Shown here piece after piece: positions 17,966 through 26,930 of a stretch of DNA of 64,000 bases. This DNA comes from Burkholderiales bacterium (GTDB lineage: Bacteria; Pseudomonadota; Gammaproteobacteria; Burkholderiales; SG8-41), in contig JALHRQ010000016.1 of assembly GCA_022841375.1 (NCBI GenBank), forward strand, positions 2,166 to 66,165, read 5' to 3'. The position numbers were made by a program, and so were the translations under genes. Every line of letters begins with the position of its first letter. Position 1 is the first letter of the stretch. The notes under the pieces were generated by a model that was given only the letters and a program-made list of their open reading frames with translations, was not told the origin of the DNA and did no database searches.

Positions 17966-18778
17966 ATGCCCGAGGTTCTTGAAAACCGGATCCACGCCCG
18001 AGGCACCCCCCGCGCGCTGCGGCTCGACCTGCTGCTGCAGCGGGTCGCACTGGTCGGCATCATCCTTGGCGTGTGGTGGGTATTGGCGCTGGGGGTGCCG
18101 CACTACATCCTGCCCGGCCCGGTACGGGTATGGAATGCCTTGCAGCAGATTTCGTCCAATGGCGACCTGTGGAACAACCTCGGCATTACGCTCGGGCGCG
18201 TCGGCGCCGGTTTCATCCTCGCCACGGTGATCGGCCTGCCGCTGGGTATCCTGTTCGGCGCCAACCGCCGGCTCGGTGAATTCTTCGAGCCGATCATTCC
18301 CGTATTGAACACGGTGTCATCGGCGATCTGGGCGATTTTTGCAATCATCTGGTTCGGCGTTTCGAATGCCACCACGATCTTTGTCGTGTTCATGACCGCC
18401 ATGCCGCTGATCATCACCAACGTCTGGCAGGGCACGCGCACGGTCAACGCAGACTTCATTGAGCTGGCCCACGTGCTACGCATGCCGTCGTGGAAAGTGA
18501 TGGTCAAAATCTACCTGCCGACCATCCTGCCCTATTTCTTTTCGGGTGCGCGCCTCGCCTTCGGGTTTGGCTGGCGGGTGTCGCTGGTCGCCGAAACGCT
18601 GGGTTCCTCCAGCGGTGTAGGATACCGGCTGCGCCAGGCTGCCGATCTGATCCAGACCGATCAGGTGTTCGCCTGGACCCTGACCCTGGTGGTGATGATG
18701 GCCGCGCTCGAAATGGGCGTGCTGCGGCCGCTGGAAGACCACCTGTTCCGCTGGAAAAAGGAAGCCGAAAACCAATGA
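17966..18778 (+). CDS. ABC transporter permease, NitT/TauT (SsuC/TauC-like) family
   Basis: This is ORF 17672..18778 trimmed to ATG 17966 (MPEVLENR...). The upstream part overlaps the thioesterase gene and is Arg-rich junk. The BPD-transporter motif FGFGWRVSLVAE is present. Confidence 0.85.
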   Translation: MPEVLENRIHARGTPRALRLDLLLQRVALVGIILGVWWVLALGVPHYILPGPVRVWNALQQISSNGDLWNNLGITLGRVGAGFILATVIGLPLGILFGANRRLGEFFEPIIPVLNTVSSAIWAIFAIIWFGVSNATTIFVVFMTAMPLIITNVWQGTRTVNADFIELAHVLRMPSWKVMVKIYLPTILPYFFSGARLAFGFGWRVSLVAETLGSSSGVGYRLRQAADLIQTDQVFAWTLTLVVMMAALEMGVLRPLEDHLFRWKKEAENQ

Positions 18779-19404
18779 GCGCCTCCCGCAGCAGCAAGCC
18801 CCCCCGCCGCCTGATCGTGGCGATGACCGGCGCCTCCGGCTCGGTCTACGGCATCCGCATCCTCGAACGCCTGCGCGAGATCGGCGGCTGGGAAACCCAT
18901 CTCGTCGTGTCAGAAGCGGGTGTGCTCAACGCATTCCAGGAATACGGCATGGACCGCAAGGCGCTGCACAAACTCGCCGACGTCACCCACAACGTGCGCG
19001 ACATTGGCGCCACCATCGCCAGCGGCTCCTTCATCACCGCCGGCATGGTCATCGCGCCGTGCTCGATGAAAACCCTGGCCGGTGTCGCTCATGCTTTTGC
19101 CGACAACCTGATCACCCGCGCTGCAGATGTGATCCTCAAAGAAAGGCGCCGGCTGGTGCTGATCACCCGCGAGACGCCGCTGAACCTCGCCCACATCCGC
19201 AACATGGAAGTGGTGACGCTCATGGGCGGGGTGATTTTCCCGCCGGTACCGGCGTTTTACAGCGGCGGAAAAACCGTCGACGATCTGGTCAACCACTCCG
19301 TAGGCCGCGTGCTTGACCTGTTTGATGTCGAACACAACACCATCCCGCGCTGGACCGGCGTCACCGGCCCAGCCGAACTGAAAGACAAAAAGAAAAGCCA
19401 ATGA
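18775..19404 (+). CDS. ubiX: UbiX-family flavin prenyltransferase
   Basis: This is ORF 18490..19404 trimmed to ATG 18775, which overlaps the permease stop as ATGA. The sequence has RRLIVAMTGASGSVYGIRILERL and VIAPCSMKTLAGVAHAFADNLITRAADV. Confidence 0.88.
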   Translation: MSASRSSKPPRRLIVAMTGASGSVYGIRILERLREIGGWETHLVVSEAGVLNAFQEYGMDRKALHKLADVTHNVRDIGATIASGSFITAGMVIAPCSMKTLAGVAHAFADNLITRAADVILKERRRLVLITRETPLNLAHIRNMEVVTLMGGVIFPPVPAFYSGGKTVDDLVNHSVGRVLDLFDVEHNTIPRWTGVTGPAELKDKKKSQ

Positions 19405-21023
19405 AAGCCCTGCCTTACGCCAACGAAAACTTTCGCGGTTTCCTCGACCGCTTGCGCGGCGAAAAAGAACTCGTCGACATCAAACAGCCGGTGGACAGCC
19501 GGCATATCGCCACGCTCGTCGACCAGGCCGACAAGGCGCTGCTGTTCCACAACGTCATCGGTTACAAGATGCCGGTGGTTTCGGGCATCATCCGCTCGCA
19601 GAAACGCGCCATCATGTCGATGGGCTGCGAAACCTATCCGGAAATCGAATTCCGGCTGGAGCGCGGCATTGAAAATCCGATCCCGCCGCGTTACGTCGAG
19701 AACACACCGCTGAAACAGGTCATCAAAACCGGCAAGGACGTCGACCTGTTCAGCCTGCCGATCCCCATGTTCTCGATTTACGACGGCGGCCCGATGATCA
19801 CCGCCGGCATCACCATCGCCCGTGACCCCGAATACGGCCTGAACTCCGGTATCTATCGCTTCATGGTCAAGGAAAAAAACCTGACCGGCATCGACATCGT
19901 CACCCCGAATAACATGCGCCTGTTTGCGCAGCGCGCCTTCGAAGCCGGCAAACCGCTGCCGATCTCGATCTCCATCGGCAACCATCCCTTTGAAAACCTC
20001 GGCTCCGGATTCCGCGCGCCGCTGGGCACCGATGAAATGGGTATCGCCGGCGGCATCCGCGGCGCAGCGATCGAACTGGCGCAGTGCGAAACCATAGATC
20101 TGCCGTGCATCGCCGACTCCGAAATTGTCCTTGAAGGCGAAATCCTGCCGACCGGCTGGACCCAGCCCGAAGGCCGTTTCGGCGAATTCACCCGGCTGAT
20201 GGGCGGCCTGCACTGGAACCCCGTGGTACGCATTAATGCCATCACCATGCGCCGCGATGCGATCTACTACGCGCTGCACATGCCCTGGGAAAACACCTGG
20301 CTGATGGCGCCGACGCGTTACACGCAGATTCGCCGTGCATTAAAAACAGCGGGGGTGCAGGTCAAGGACATCAACGTCACGCTCGGCGGCTGCGGCATGT
20401 GGCACGCAGTGATCTCGATCAAGAAGCAGGCCGGCGAAGGCAAAAACGCACTGCTCGCCGCGCTGTCGGTGATGGATCTGAAACATGTGGTGGTGGTTGA
20501 CGACGACATCGACGTGTTCAATGCGATGGATGTCGAATGGGCCATCGCCACCCGCGTGCAGGGTGACAAGGACATCATGATCATCCCCGGCAGCCGCGCC
20601 AAGCCGCTGGACCCCAGCCTCGCGGTAATGCCGCCTGGCGTGGTGCCCACCGGCGCCAAGGTCGGCATCGACGCGACGATCTCCGAAGGCATTCCGCGCG
20701 AGCGTTTCGAACGCATTGCCTACGCCTATACCGACCGCGCGAAAATCAGTGATTACTACGCCGGCAAGGCCGATGATGTGCAGCAGGCCGTATCGGGTGA
20801 TGCCGCGGTCGACGAACTGGCGGCAAAAATCATCGTCGTCATTGAAAAAGTGCCGAAATATTATTCGGAGCTCGCCGAACAGTTCGCCGAATATGATTTC
20901 CAGACTGTTGCGCGCACGCTGGGCAAGCTGCATGAAGACGGCAAGCTTTGGCAAGACCCGCGCGGCCGCATGTGCCTGCGCAACTCCGCATTCGCCGCCA
21001 AACCGCCGGTCAAGGGCCCTTGA
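19401..21023 (+). CDS. UbiD-family (prFMN-dependent) decarboxylase with a roughly 70-aa C-terminal extension
   Basis: 540 aa. The UbiD-like core is recognisable (NFRGFLDRLRGEKELVDIKQPVD..., GPMITAGITIARDPE..., FGEFTRLMGG). The start overlaps the ubiX stop (ATGA at 19401-19404). Confidence 0.85.
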   Translation: MKALPYANENFRGFLDRLRGEKELVDIKQPVDSRHIATLVDQADKALLFHNVIGYKMPVVSGIIRSQKRAIMSMGCETYPEIEFRLERGIENPIPPRYVENTPLKQVIKTGKDVDLFSLPIPMFSIYDGGPMITAGITIARDPEYGLNSGIYRFMVKEKNLTGIDIVTPNNMRLFAQRAFEAGKPLPISISIGNHPFENLGSGFRAPLGTDEMGIAGGIRGAAIELAQCETIDLPCIADSEIVLEGEILPTGWTQPEGRFGEFTRLMGGLHWNPVVRINAITMRRDAIYYALHMPWENTWLMAPTRYTQIRRALKTAGVQVKDINVTLGGCGMWHAVISIKKQAGEGKNALLAALSVMDLKHVVVVDDDIDVFNAMDVEWAIATRVQGDKDIMIIPGSRAKPLDPSLAVMPPGVVPTGAKVGIDATISEGIPRERFERIAYAYTDRAKISDYYAGKADDVQQAVSGDAAVDELAAKIIVVIEKVPKYYSELAEQFAEYDFQTVARTLGKLHEDGKLWQDPRGRMCLRNSAFAAKPPVKGP

Positions 21024-21024
21024 G

Positions 21025-21810
21025 ATGAACACCGCGGTCGCGTCACAGACTGTTCCGGTGGAAACCGGCGCCATTGCGGTTCGCGGCGTCAGCAAGTGGT
21101 TCAAAACCGCCGACGGTTCGCCGCTGCAGGTGCTGGCCGACATCGAGCTGACGATACCGGCACATTCGATGGTCGCCATCCTCGGGGCCTCCGGCTGCGG
21201 CAAATCGACGCTGCTTAATATCATCTCCGGACTGGTCACGCCTGAACAGGGTGAAGTGCTGATCAATGGCACGCCCTCACGGCAATTCAGCGACTGGCGC
21301 AGCGTCAGCTACATGTTCCAGGAAGACCGCCTGCTGCCGTGGCGCACCACGTTGCACAATGTCGAGTTCGCACTGGAAGCCGGATCCATTCCGCACTCCG
21401 AGCGTCAGGCACGCGCGCGTGAAGCCTTGCGACTGGTCGGGCTTGAAACTTTTGAGGATGCATTTCCGTACCAACTGTCCGGCGGCATGCGCAGCCGCGT
21501 CGCCCTCGCCCGCAGCCTGGTACTGGAGCCGTGCATCCTGTTGATGGATGAACCGTTCTCGCGACTCGATGCACTGACCCGCGCGCAAATGCATGATGAA
21601 CTGCTGCGCATCCAGCAACTCAAGCACATGACCATCGTTTTTGTCACCCACGACGTCGAAGAGGCCGTGGTGCTGGCCGATACCGTGGTGGTCATGGCGC
21701 CGCGTCCCGGACGCATCCGCGATCAGGTACCGATCGCCTTGTCTCGGCCGCGCGATGCCACTGAAGCCGCCACCGCACGCCTGGCACATCAGCTTAAGTC
21801 ATTGATTTAA
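21025..21810 (+). CDS. ABC transporter ATP-binding protein (NitT/TauT family)
   Basis: This is ORF 20716..21810 trimmed to ATG 21025, which lies 1 nt after the UbiD stop. Motifs are Walker A GASGCGKST, signature LSGGMRSRVALAR and Walker B ILLMDEPF. Confidence 0.88.
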   Translation: MNTAVASQTVPVETGAIAVRGVSKWFKTADGSPLQVLADIELTIPAHSMVAILGASGCGKSTLLNIISGLVTPEQGEVLINGTPSRQFSDWRSVSYMFQEDRLLPWRTTLHNVEFALEAGSIPHSERQARAREALRLVGLETFEDAFPYQLSGGMRSRVALARSLVLEPCILLMDEPFSRLDALTRAQMHDELLRIQQLKHMTIVFVTHDVEEAVVLADTVVVMAPRPGRIRDQVPIALSRPRDATEAATARLAHQLKSLI

Positions 21811-21832
21811 TAATATTTAAAAAGGAGCTGCG

Positions 21833-22816
21833 ATGAAACCGATGCACCTGTTCAAGGCCTTTGCTCTCGCCCTGCTGCTCGTCACCGCACCGGCACAGGC
21901 ACAGAAAATCAAGGTCGGTTACTGGACCAGCGGCTTCAGCCTCGGCTTCGGCGCGGTGATGGAACAGATGAAATTCGCCGAAAAGGAAGGACTCGATGTC
22001 GAATGGGTGAAATTCGCTGAAGTGAACGGCCCGACCCGCGCCATCGTGCCGCAAACCATCGACCTCGCCTTCGGCGCGCCCTCCACCGCTTCGATGAGCA
22101 TCGCCGCCGACGGCGTGCCCGTAAAAATCGTGCTGGCCTCGCAGATCGCCGAAGCACAGATCGTCGTGCCCGCCGGTTCCCCGATCAAAAGCATTGCCGA
22201 CCTCAAAGGCAAAAAAATCGGCATGTCGCCGCCGGGCAGCGCGACGCACGCCATCGCCACATCAATACTGCAGGGCGTCTACGGCCTGAAAACCGGCGAC
22301 TACAGCGTCGTGCCCGGCAACGAAGGCCGCCTCGCCCAGTTCTTGCTGCAGAAAGAAGTCGATGCCGCGGTCATCCGCTCGGTGACCATCGCCCAGATGA
22401 GCGATGACCTCAAACTGACTTACCTCGGCAGCGTTGTCGACGACTGGAAAAAACTCACCAAGGTCAACGCAGCGCCGATACTCGCGGTCACCATCGTGCA
22501 CAGCGATTACGTGGCCAAAAACGCCGAGTCGGTCGCCAAATTCATCGCCGCGATGCGCAAGACGCTGGAATACGGATCGAAGAACAAGGACCGCGTCGCC
22601 GAAATGCTGCAAAAAGCAGCCAATATGAATGCCGTCGACGCCAAGGCTTACGCCGCGCAGTGGGACGGCGCCTATATGGCCAGTTTCGAGGCCTCCGATG
22701 TGTCGTCGCTGAAACGCATGCAGGAAATCGTCAAAGCCGCCGGTGCCGCCAAAAGCGATCCGCCAGAAGCCACCTTCCTGACCGGACCGTACCAGCGCGC
22801 CAAGCAGATCAAATAA
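21833..22816 (+). CDS. ABC transporter periplasmic substrate-binding protein (NMT1/SsuA/TauA-like)
   Basis: 327 aa with a signal peptide (MKPMHLFKAFALALLLVTAPAQA) followed by QKIKVGYWTSG... AGGAG ribosome-binding site lies upstream. Confidence 0.8.
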   Translation: MKPMHLFKAFALALLLVTAPAQAQKIKVGYWTSGFSLGFGAVMEQMKFAEKEGLDVEWVKFAEVNGPTRAIVPQTIDLAFGAPSTASMSIAADGVPVKIVLASQIAEAQIVVPAGSPIKSIADLKGKKIGMSPPGSATHAIATSILQGVYGLKTGDYSVVPGNEGRLAQFLLQKEVDAAVIRSVTIAQMSDDLKLTYLGSVVDDWKKLTKVNAAPILAVTIVHSDYVAKNAESVAKFIAAMRKTLEYGSKNKDRVAEMLQKAANMNAVDAKAYAAQWDGAYMASFEASDVSSLKRMQEIVKAAGAAKSDPPEATFLTGPYQRAKQIK

Positions 22817-22841
22817 TCCGCTGCGTGATATCGATCAAAAG

Positions 22842-23837
22842 ATGTCGATCAAAAAACTGCATCTGCATATCGAGAATACGCGCAACAAGGCGAGCATATT
22901 TCACACGCTGCCCGCGCACTGGGCAGCCGCCTGCGCGCGCCACCGCGCGCTGGCGCGCAAGATCGACGTCAGCTTCGGCTGGGATGGCGACGTACTGGAA
23001 ACCGCGCTGACCAATGCCGACCTGCTGATCGGCGTACCCGCCAAACTCGATAACCTCGCCGCCCGCGCGCCGCGGCTGAAATGGATGCACGCCACTTCCG
23101 CGGGTGTCGACGCCGTGCTGCCGCTGGACTGGCTGCCGCGCGGTGTGTTCTTCACCAACAACAGCGGCGCGCACGGGCACAAAACCGGGCAATACATGAC
23201 CATGGCCTACAACCTGCTCAACTCGCGCATGCCGGCGATCATGGCCAACCAGCACCGGCATCGCTGGGAAGCGCTGTTCTCGCCGAGCATCACCGGCAAG
23301 ACCGCGGTCGTCATAGGACTCGGTGATCTCGGCGAAGCCGCCGCACGTGCCGCAAAAAAAATCGGTCTCAAGGTCATTGGCGTTCGGCGCAGCCCACAGA
23401 AGAACCGTTACGCCGACAAGGTCGTCAGCTACAAAAAACTCGACAAGATGCTGCCGCTCGCTGATTTTGTCGTACTAGCCGTGCCACTGACCGCGGAAAC
23501 ACGCGGTCTGCTCAACAGCAAACGCATGGACCTGATGAAACCCACTGCCGGCGTGATCAATATCGCCCGCGGTCCGGTTGCCGACTACAAGGCACTTGAA
23601 GCGCGCCTGCGCGCCGGGAAACTCGGGGGCGCGATTCTGGATGTGGTTGACCCTGAACCCTTGCCCGCCAATGCCTCGTTGTGGACAACACCCAATCTGA
23701 TCATCACGCCGCATATTTCCTGTGACGACGGCGAACATTACATCGACATTTCACTTGACCTCTGGTTTGAGAATCTGCAACGTTTCCTCGCCGGCAAAAC
23801 GCTGAAACGGCGCATCGACCCGAAGCTGGGTTACTGA
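22842..23837 (+). CDS. D-isomer-specific 2-hydroxyacid dehydrogenase family protein
   Basis: 331 aa. The NAD-binding motif is GKTAVVIGLGDLGEAAARAAKKIGLKV. The catalytic region is NIARGPV...TPHIS. Confidence 0.82.
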   Translation: MSIKKLHLHIENTRNKASIFHTLPAHWAAACARHRALARKIDVSFGWDGDVLETALTNADLLIGVPAKLDNLAARAPRLKWMHATSAGVDAVLPLDWLPRGVFFTNNSGAHGHKTGQYMTMAYNLLNSRMPAIMANQHRHRWEALFSPSITGKTAVVIGLGDLGEAAARAAKKIGLKVIGVRRSPQKNRYADKVVSYKKLDKMLPLADFVVLAVPLTAETRGLLNSKRMDLMKPTAGVINIARGPVADYKALEARLRAGKLGGAILDVVDPEPLPANASLWTTPNLIITPHISCDDGEHYIDISLDLWFENLQRFLAGKTLKRRIDPKLGY

Positions 23838-23840
23838 GCC

Positions 23841-24818
23841 ATGACCGCCGCCGGCCCGATCTCCGCTTCGCAACCCCCATCCACGGGCAAGCTCAACATC
23901 GATCATCTGGCGCACTTCGTGCCGCATATCGATGCTGCGAGTTCCGCCCTCGACCAGGCTGGCTTCACGCTGACGCCGTTCTCCGCGCAATCGCATCGCC
24001 TGGAATCAGGCGGCCCGCTGGTACCCGCGGGCAGCGGCAACCGCTGCGTGATGCTGCGCGAAGGTTATCTGGAATTCCTCACCCCGACTGCGGACACCCC
24101 CATCGCCCAACAGTTGCGTACGGCGATCCAGCGTTACACCGGTCTGCATCTGATCGCCTTCGGCACCGCCGATGCGGAAGCCGATCATGCACGCCTCGAA
24201 AAAAACGGCTTCAATCCGCTGCCAACCGTTGCGTTGCAACGTGAAATCGGCACCGAGCATGGCGATGAAACTGCGCGCTTCTCCGTTGTTCGGGTACCAC
24301 CGGGCACGATGGCCGAAGGCCGCATCCAGTATTGCCAGCAGCACACCCCGCAATGGCTGTGGCAGGAGCGCTGGACCCGGCATGCCAACGGTGCACGCGG
24401 CCTTGCCGCGGTAATTCTTTGTGTCGCCGATCCCCAGGAAGCCGCACAGCGCTACGCACGATTCTCCGGCCTGCTCGCACAACTGGCGCACGGTCAATGG
24501 CGCATCGACACCCAGCGTGGCGCGCTGCTGTTCGTAACAACGGATCAACTGCGGCAGGCACTGGATGTCACCGTACCGGCACTGCCGTGGATTGCGGGTT
24601 ATGTATTGACCGTCGACAACATCGCGACAACCCGCACCCGGATTGTTGCCGGAAATTGCAGCGTACGTGAAATTGAAGGCGGGCGATTGCTGCTCGAATG
24701 GCCCAATGCAGTCGGTGGCTTCATCGTGTTTCAGGCGGCCGGGGCAGCGCTGCCCGCCTTTGCGTACATACAACCATTTGTTTTTATTGAGAAAAATGAA
24801 ATACACGGAAACCGTTGA
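23841..24818 (+). CDS. glyoxalase-like (VOC-superfamily) domain protein
   Basis: 325 aa. LNIDHLAHFVPHIDAASSALDQAGFTLTPFS...GSGNRCVMLREGYLEFLTP resembles the Glyoxalase-like domain family. Confidence 0.55.
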   Translation: MTAAGPISASQPPSTGKLNIDHLAHFVPHIDAASSALDQAGFTLTPFSAQSHRLESGGPLVPAGSGNRCVMLREGYLEFLTPTADTPIAQQLRTAIQRYTGLHLIAFGTADAEADHARLEKNGFNPLPTVALQREIGTEHGDETARFSVVRVPPGTMAEGRIQYCQQHTPQWLWQERWTRHANGARGLAAVILCVADPQEAAQRYARFSGLLAQLAHGQWRIDTQRGALLFVTTDQLRQALDVTVPALPWIAGYVLTVDNIATTRTRIVAGNCSVREIEGGRLLLEWPNAVGGFIVFQAAGAALPAFAYIQPFVFIEKNEIHGNR

Positions 24819-26361
24819 TGTCGTGGTGCTGGGTTTTGGTCTGGGTGGCGGCATCGCCGCGCTGAACGCCGCACAAGCCGGCGCCAAAACCCTGCTGCTG
24901 GAAAAATCCACGGTCCCCGGCGGATTGTCGATCTGCTCCTATGGCGCGGTGCGCAGTGCACATGATCCCGAACAGGCTTTCGCCTACCTGCAGACAAGCA
25001 ATGGCGGGCGCACACCGAACGATGTGATCCGCACACTGGCCAATGGCATGTGCGAGCTCGAAAGCTATGTCCGTGAGCTGGCGCAGATCAACGACGCCCG
25101 CGTCATTACTTCCGTGGAAGAAAACGCTGAACGTGAAAAAGCCGGAGATCCCTATCGCCGTCAGATCCGCGGCAACTACCCGCTCCCCGGCACCGACACC
25201 TTCTATCACACGTCCGTTGTCGACGTGCCCGGCTTTGATGCGCGCAAAGACTATCCCTGGGCTAATGGCGCGCCCAACGGCCCGAAACTGTTCAAGGTCG
25301 TTCACGACAACGTCGTCGCTGCCGGCGTCGACATCCGCCTGGGTGTCGGCGCGCAGCGCCTGATCACCGATCCATTAACCCGCGAAGTCATCGGCGTCAC
25401 CGTATTGCAGGACGGCGAGGAGCGCCACATTGCCGCGCGACGCGGCGTGATCATCGCCACCGGCGGCTTCGAAGGCAATGCCGACATGAAAGCGCAGTTC
25501 CTCGAAACACACCCGGTGTTCAACGCCGCCGCACGCCACAATACCGGCGACGGCATCCGCATGGCGCAGGATCTTGGCGCAGCGTTATGGCATATGTGGC
25601 ACATCCATGGCGCCTACGGTTTCCGCCATACCGATCCAGCTTATCCCTACGGCATCCGTGCCAAACGCTTTCCCGACTGGTTTCCCGGGGATGCTGACAA
25701 GGTCAACCTGAAAATGGCGTGGATCCTGCTGGATCACGGCGGCCAGCGCTTCATGTCCGAATACCAGCCCTACACCCAGGACACCGGCGTGCGCCCTTTG
25801 TCGCACTTCGATCCGATCACGCAAAAAGCCTCACGCAACCCGGCCTACCTGATCTGCGACGAAATCGGCCGCCAGATGTATCCGCTGGGCAAGGCCACCT
25901 CCAACGACGAGGGCCTGCGCTATGACTGGAGCGACAACAATTTGCGGGAAGTGGAAAACGGCATCATCAAACGCGCCGACACGCTGGGCGAACTGGCAAA
26001 AAAGCTGGGGCTCGATGCGAGCGCGGTAAAAACTTCGGTCGCACGCTGGAATGCATTGTGTGCCGCGGGCAAGGATACCGATTTCGAACGCCCCGCAGGC
26101 AGCATGCTGCCCATTGTCAAACCACCGTTCTACGGCTCAACGATGTGGGCAGTGATTTCCAATACCCAGGGTGGCCCGGTGCACGATGTGCAGTCGCGCA
26201 TAATCGATGTTTACGGCAAACCGGTTCCGCGGCTTTACGCCGCCGGCGAATGCGGCAGCTCCTTCGGCCACCTGTATCTGTCGGGTGGCAATATTGCGGA
26301 GTGCGTGGTCACCGGGCGCATTGCAGGACGCGGCGCGGCGGCACAGACCCCGCTGAACTGA
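24796..26361 (+). CDS. FAD-dependent oxidoreductase (fumarate-reductase/KstD-like flavoprotein)
   Basis: This is ORF 24643..26361 trimmed to ATG 24796 (MKYTETVDVVVLGFGLGGGIAALNAAQAG, a dinucleotide-binding motif). The C-terminal motif is RLYAAGECGSSFGHLYLSGGNIAECVVTGRIAG. It overlaps the previous CDS by 23 nt. Confidence 0.82.
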   Translation: MKYTETVDVVVLGFGLGGGIAALNAAQAGAKTLLLEKSTVPGGLSICSYGAVRSAHDPEQAFAYLQTSNGGRTPNDVIRTLANGMCELESYVRELAQINDARVITSVEENAEREKAGDPYRRQIRGNYPLPGTDTFYHTSVVDVPGFDARKDYPWANGAPNGPKLFKVVHDNVVAAGVDIRLGVGAQRLITDPLTREVIGVTVLQDGEERHIAARRGVIIATGGFEGNADMKAQFLETHPVFNAAARHNTGDGIRMAQDLGAALWHMWHIHGAYGFRHTDPAYPYGIRAKRFPDWFPGDADKVNLKMAWILLDHGGQRFMSEYQPYTQDTGVRPLSHFDPITQKASRNPAYLICDEIGRQMYPLGKATSNDEGLRYDWSDNNLREVENGIIKRADTLGELAKKLGLDASAVKTSVARWNALCAAGKDTDFERPAGSMLPIVKPPFYGSTMWAVISNTQGGPVHDVQSRIIDVYGKPVPRLYAAGECGSSFGHLYLSGGNIAECVVTGRIAGRGAAAQTPLN

Positions 26362-26373
26362 AGCGCAACGCCG

Positions 26374-26919
26374 TCAGCCGGCGGCGTCGTGCAAGGAAAA
26401 AGCGATGGTGCAGGGCGCGTCAGAACGGTTGCTCCAGGCATGATTGGTGCCACGCTGCACGACGGTATCACCTGCTTTCAGGCTGACCTCCTGCGTATCC
26501 AGCACCAGCGTGATCTCCCCTTCCAGCACCAGACAGAAATCCAAGGTGCGTGTTCTCTGCATATACGGATGCGGAGCGCCTGAACCCCCGGTTGAAGCCT
26601 GCGGAGATCCCATAGACTCAAAAAAAGCCTGCACCTCGCGCGCACCGACTCTGGGGGCGCCACGTTCGGGCGGGAACGTCACCACGCGGCACACCGAACC
26701 GCCGGGCGGCGGCTCCAGCGTATGCGGTAGATGCACAGTCTCGGTAATTGACCCGATGCGCGCCGGGGTACGGTCAGTAACCCAGATCCGTGTCGCCCGG
26801 TATCCGGGCCGGGCCGGATCGCTGCGCACATCGGGGGATGGGCCATCGGCGATTTTTTTCGATTGGCCGTTCCCGTCATCCACAGTGATCAGGCGCCGTA
26901 CGGGTTTTGCTGTTTGCAT
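26374..26919 (-). CDS. cupin domain protein
   Basis: 181 aa with C-terminal GDTVVQRGTNHAWSNRSDAPCTIAF. The N-terminus KPVRRLITVDDGNGQS is paralogous to the neighbouring gene. Confidence 0.75.
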   Translation of the reverse strand: MQTAKPVRRLITVDDGNGQSKKIADGPSPDVRSDPARPGYRATRIWVTDRTPARIGSITETVHLPHTLEPPPGGSVCRVVTFPPERGAPRVGAREVQAFFESMGSPQASTGGSGAPHPYMQRTRTLDFCLVLEGEITLVLDTQEVSLKAGDTVVQRGTNHAWSNRSDAPCTIAFSLHDAAG

Positions 26920-26930
26920 GCGCGTTACCT

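Noticed and set aside
16319-21272. Long antisense ORFs 16319..17347, 19257..20279 and 20340..21272 (minus strand) across the CoA-ligase and UbiD genes
   Set aside because: All are Arg/Ala/Gly/Asp-rich without family motifs. The opposite strand carries strong family signatures (AMP-binding, UbiD, ABC ATPase), so I treat these as GC-driven shadow frames.
23835-23843. In-frame TGA between the 2-hydroxyacid dehydrogenase (stop 23835-23837) and the VOC-like ORF (ATG 23841), considered as a third Sec or read-through site
   Set aside because: Only one codon separates the stop and the ATG. The dehydrogenase ends at a family-typical C-terminus and the next ORF has its own ATG. I see no hairpin within 40 nt downstream. 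The context is not the TGAGGGTCA shared by the two candidate Sec sites.
17672-24795. N-terminal extensions of ORFs 17672, 18490, 20716 and 24643 as given in the ORF track. The same applies to 9760..11298, 29780..30994, 43189..44385 and 44300..45751.
   Set aside because: The extended parts overlap the upstream gene in another frame and are Arg/Pro-rich. Internal ATG or GTG codons sit at ATGA/GTGA overlaps or behind good SD sequences, where the recognisable domain or signal peptide begins.
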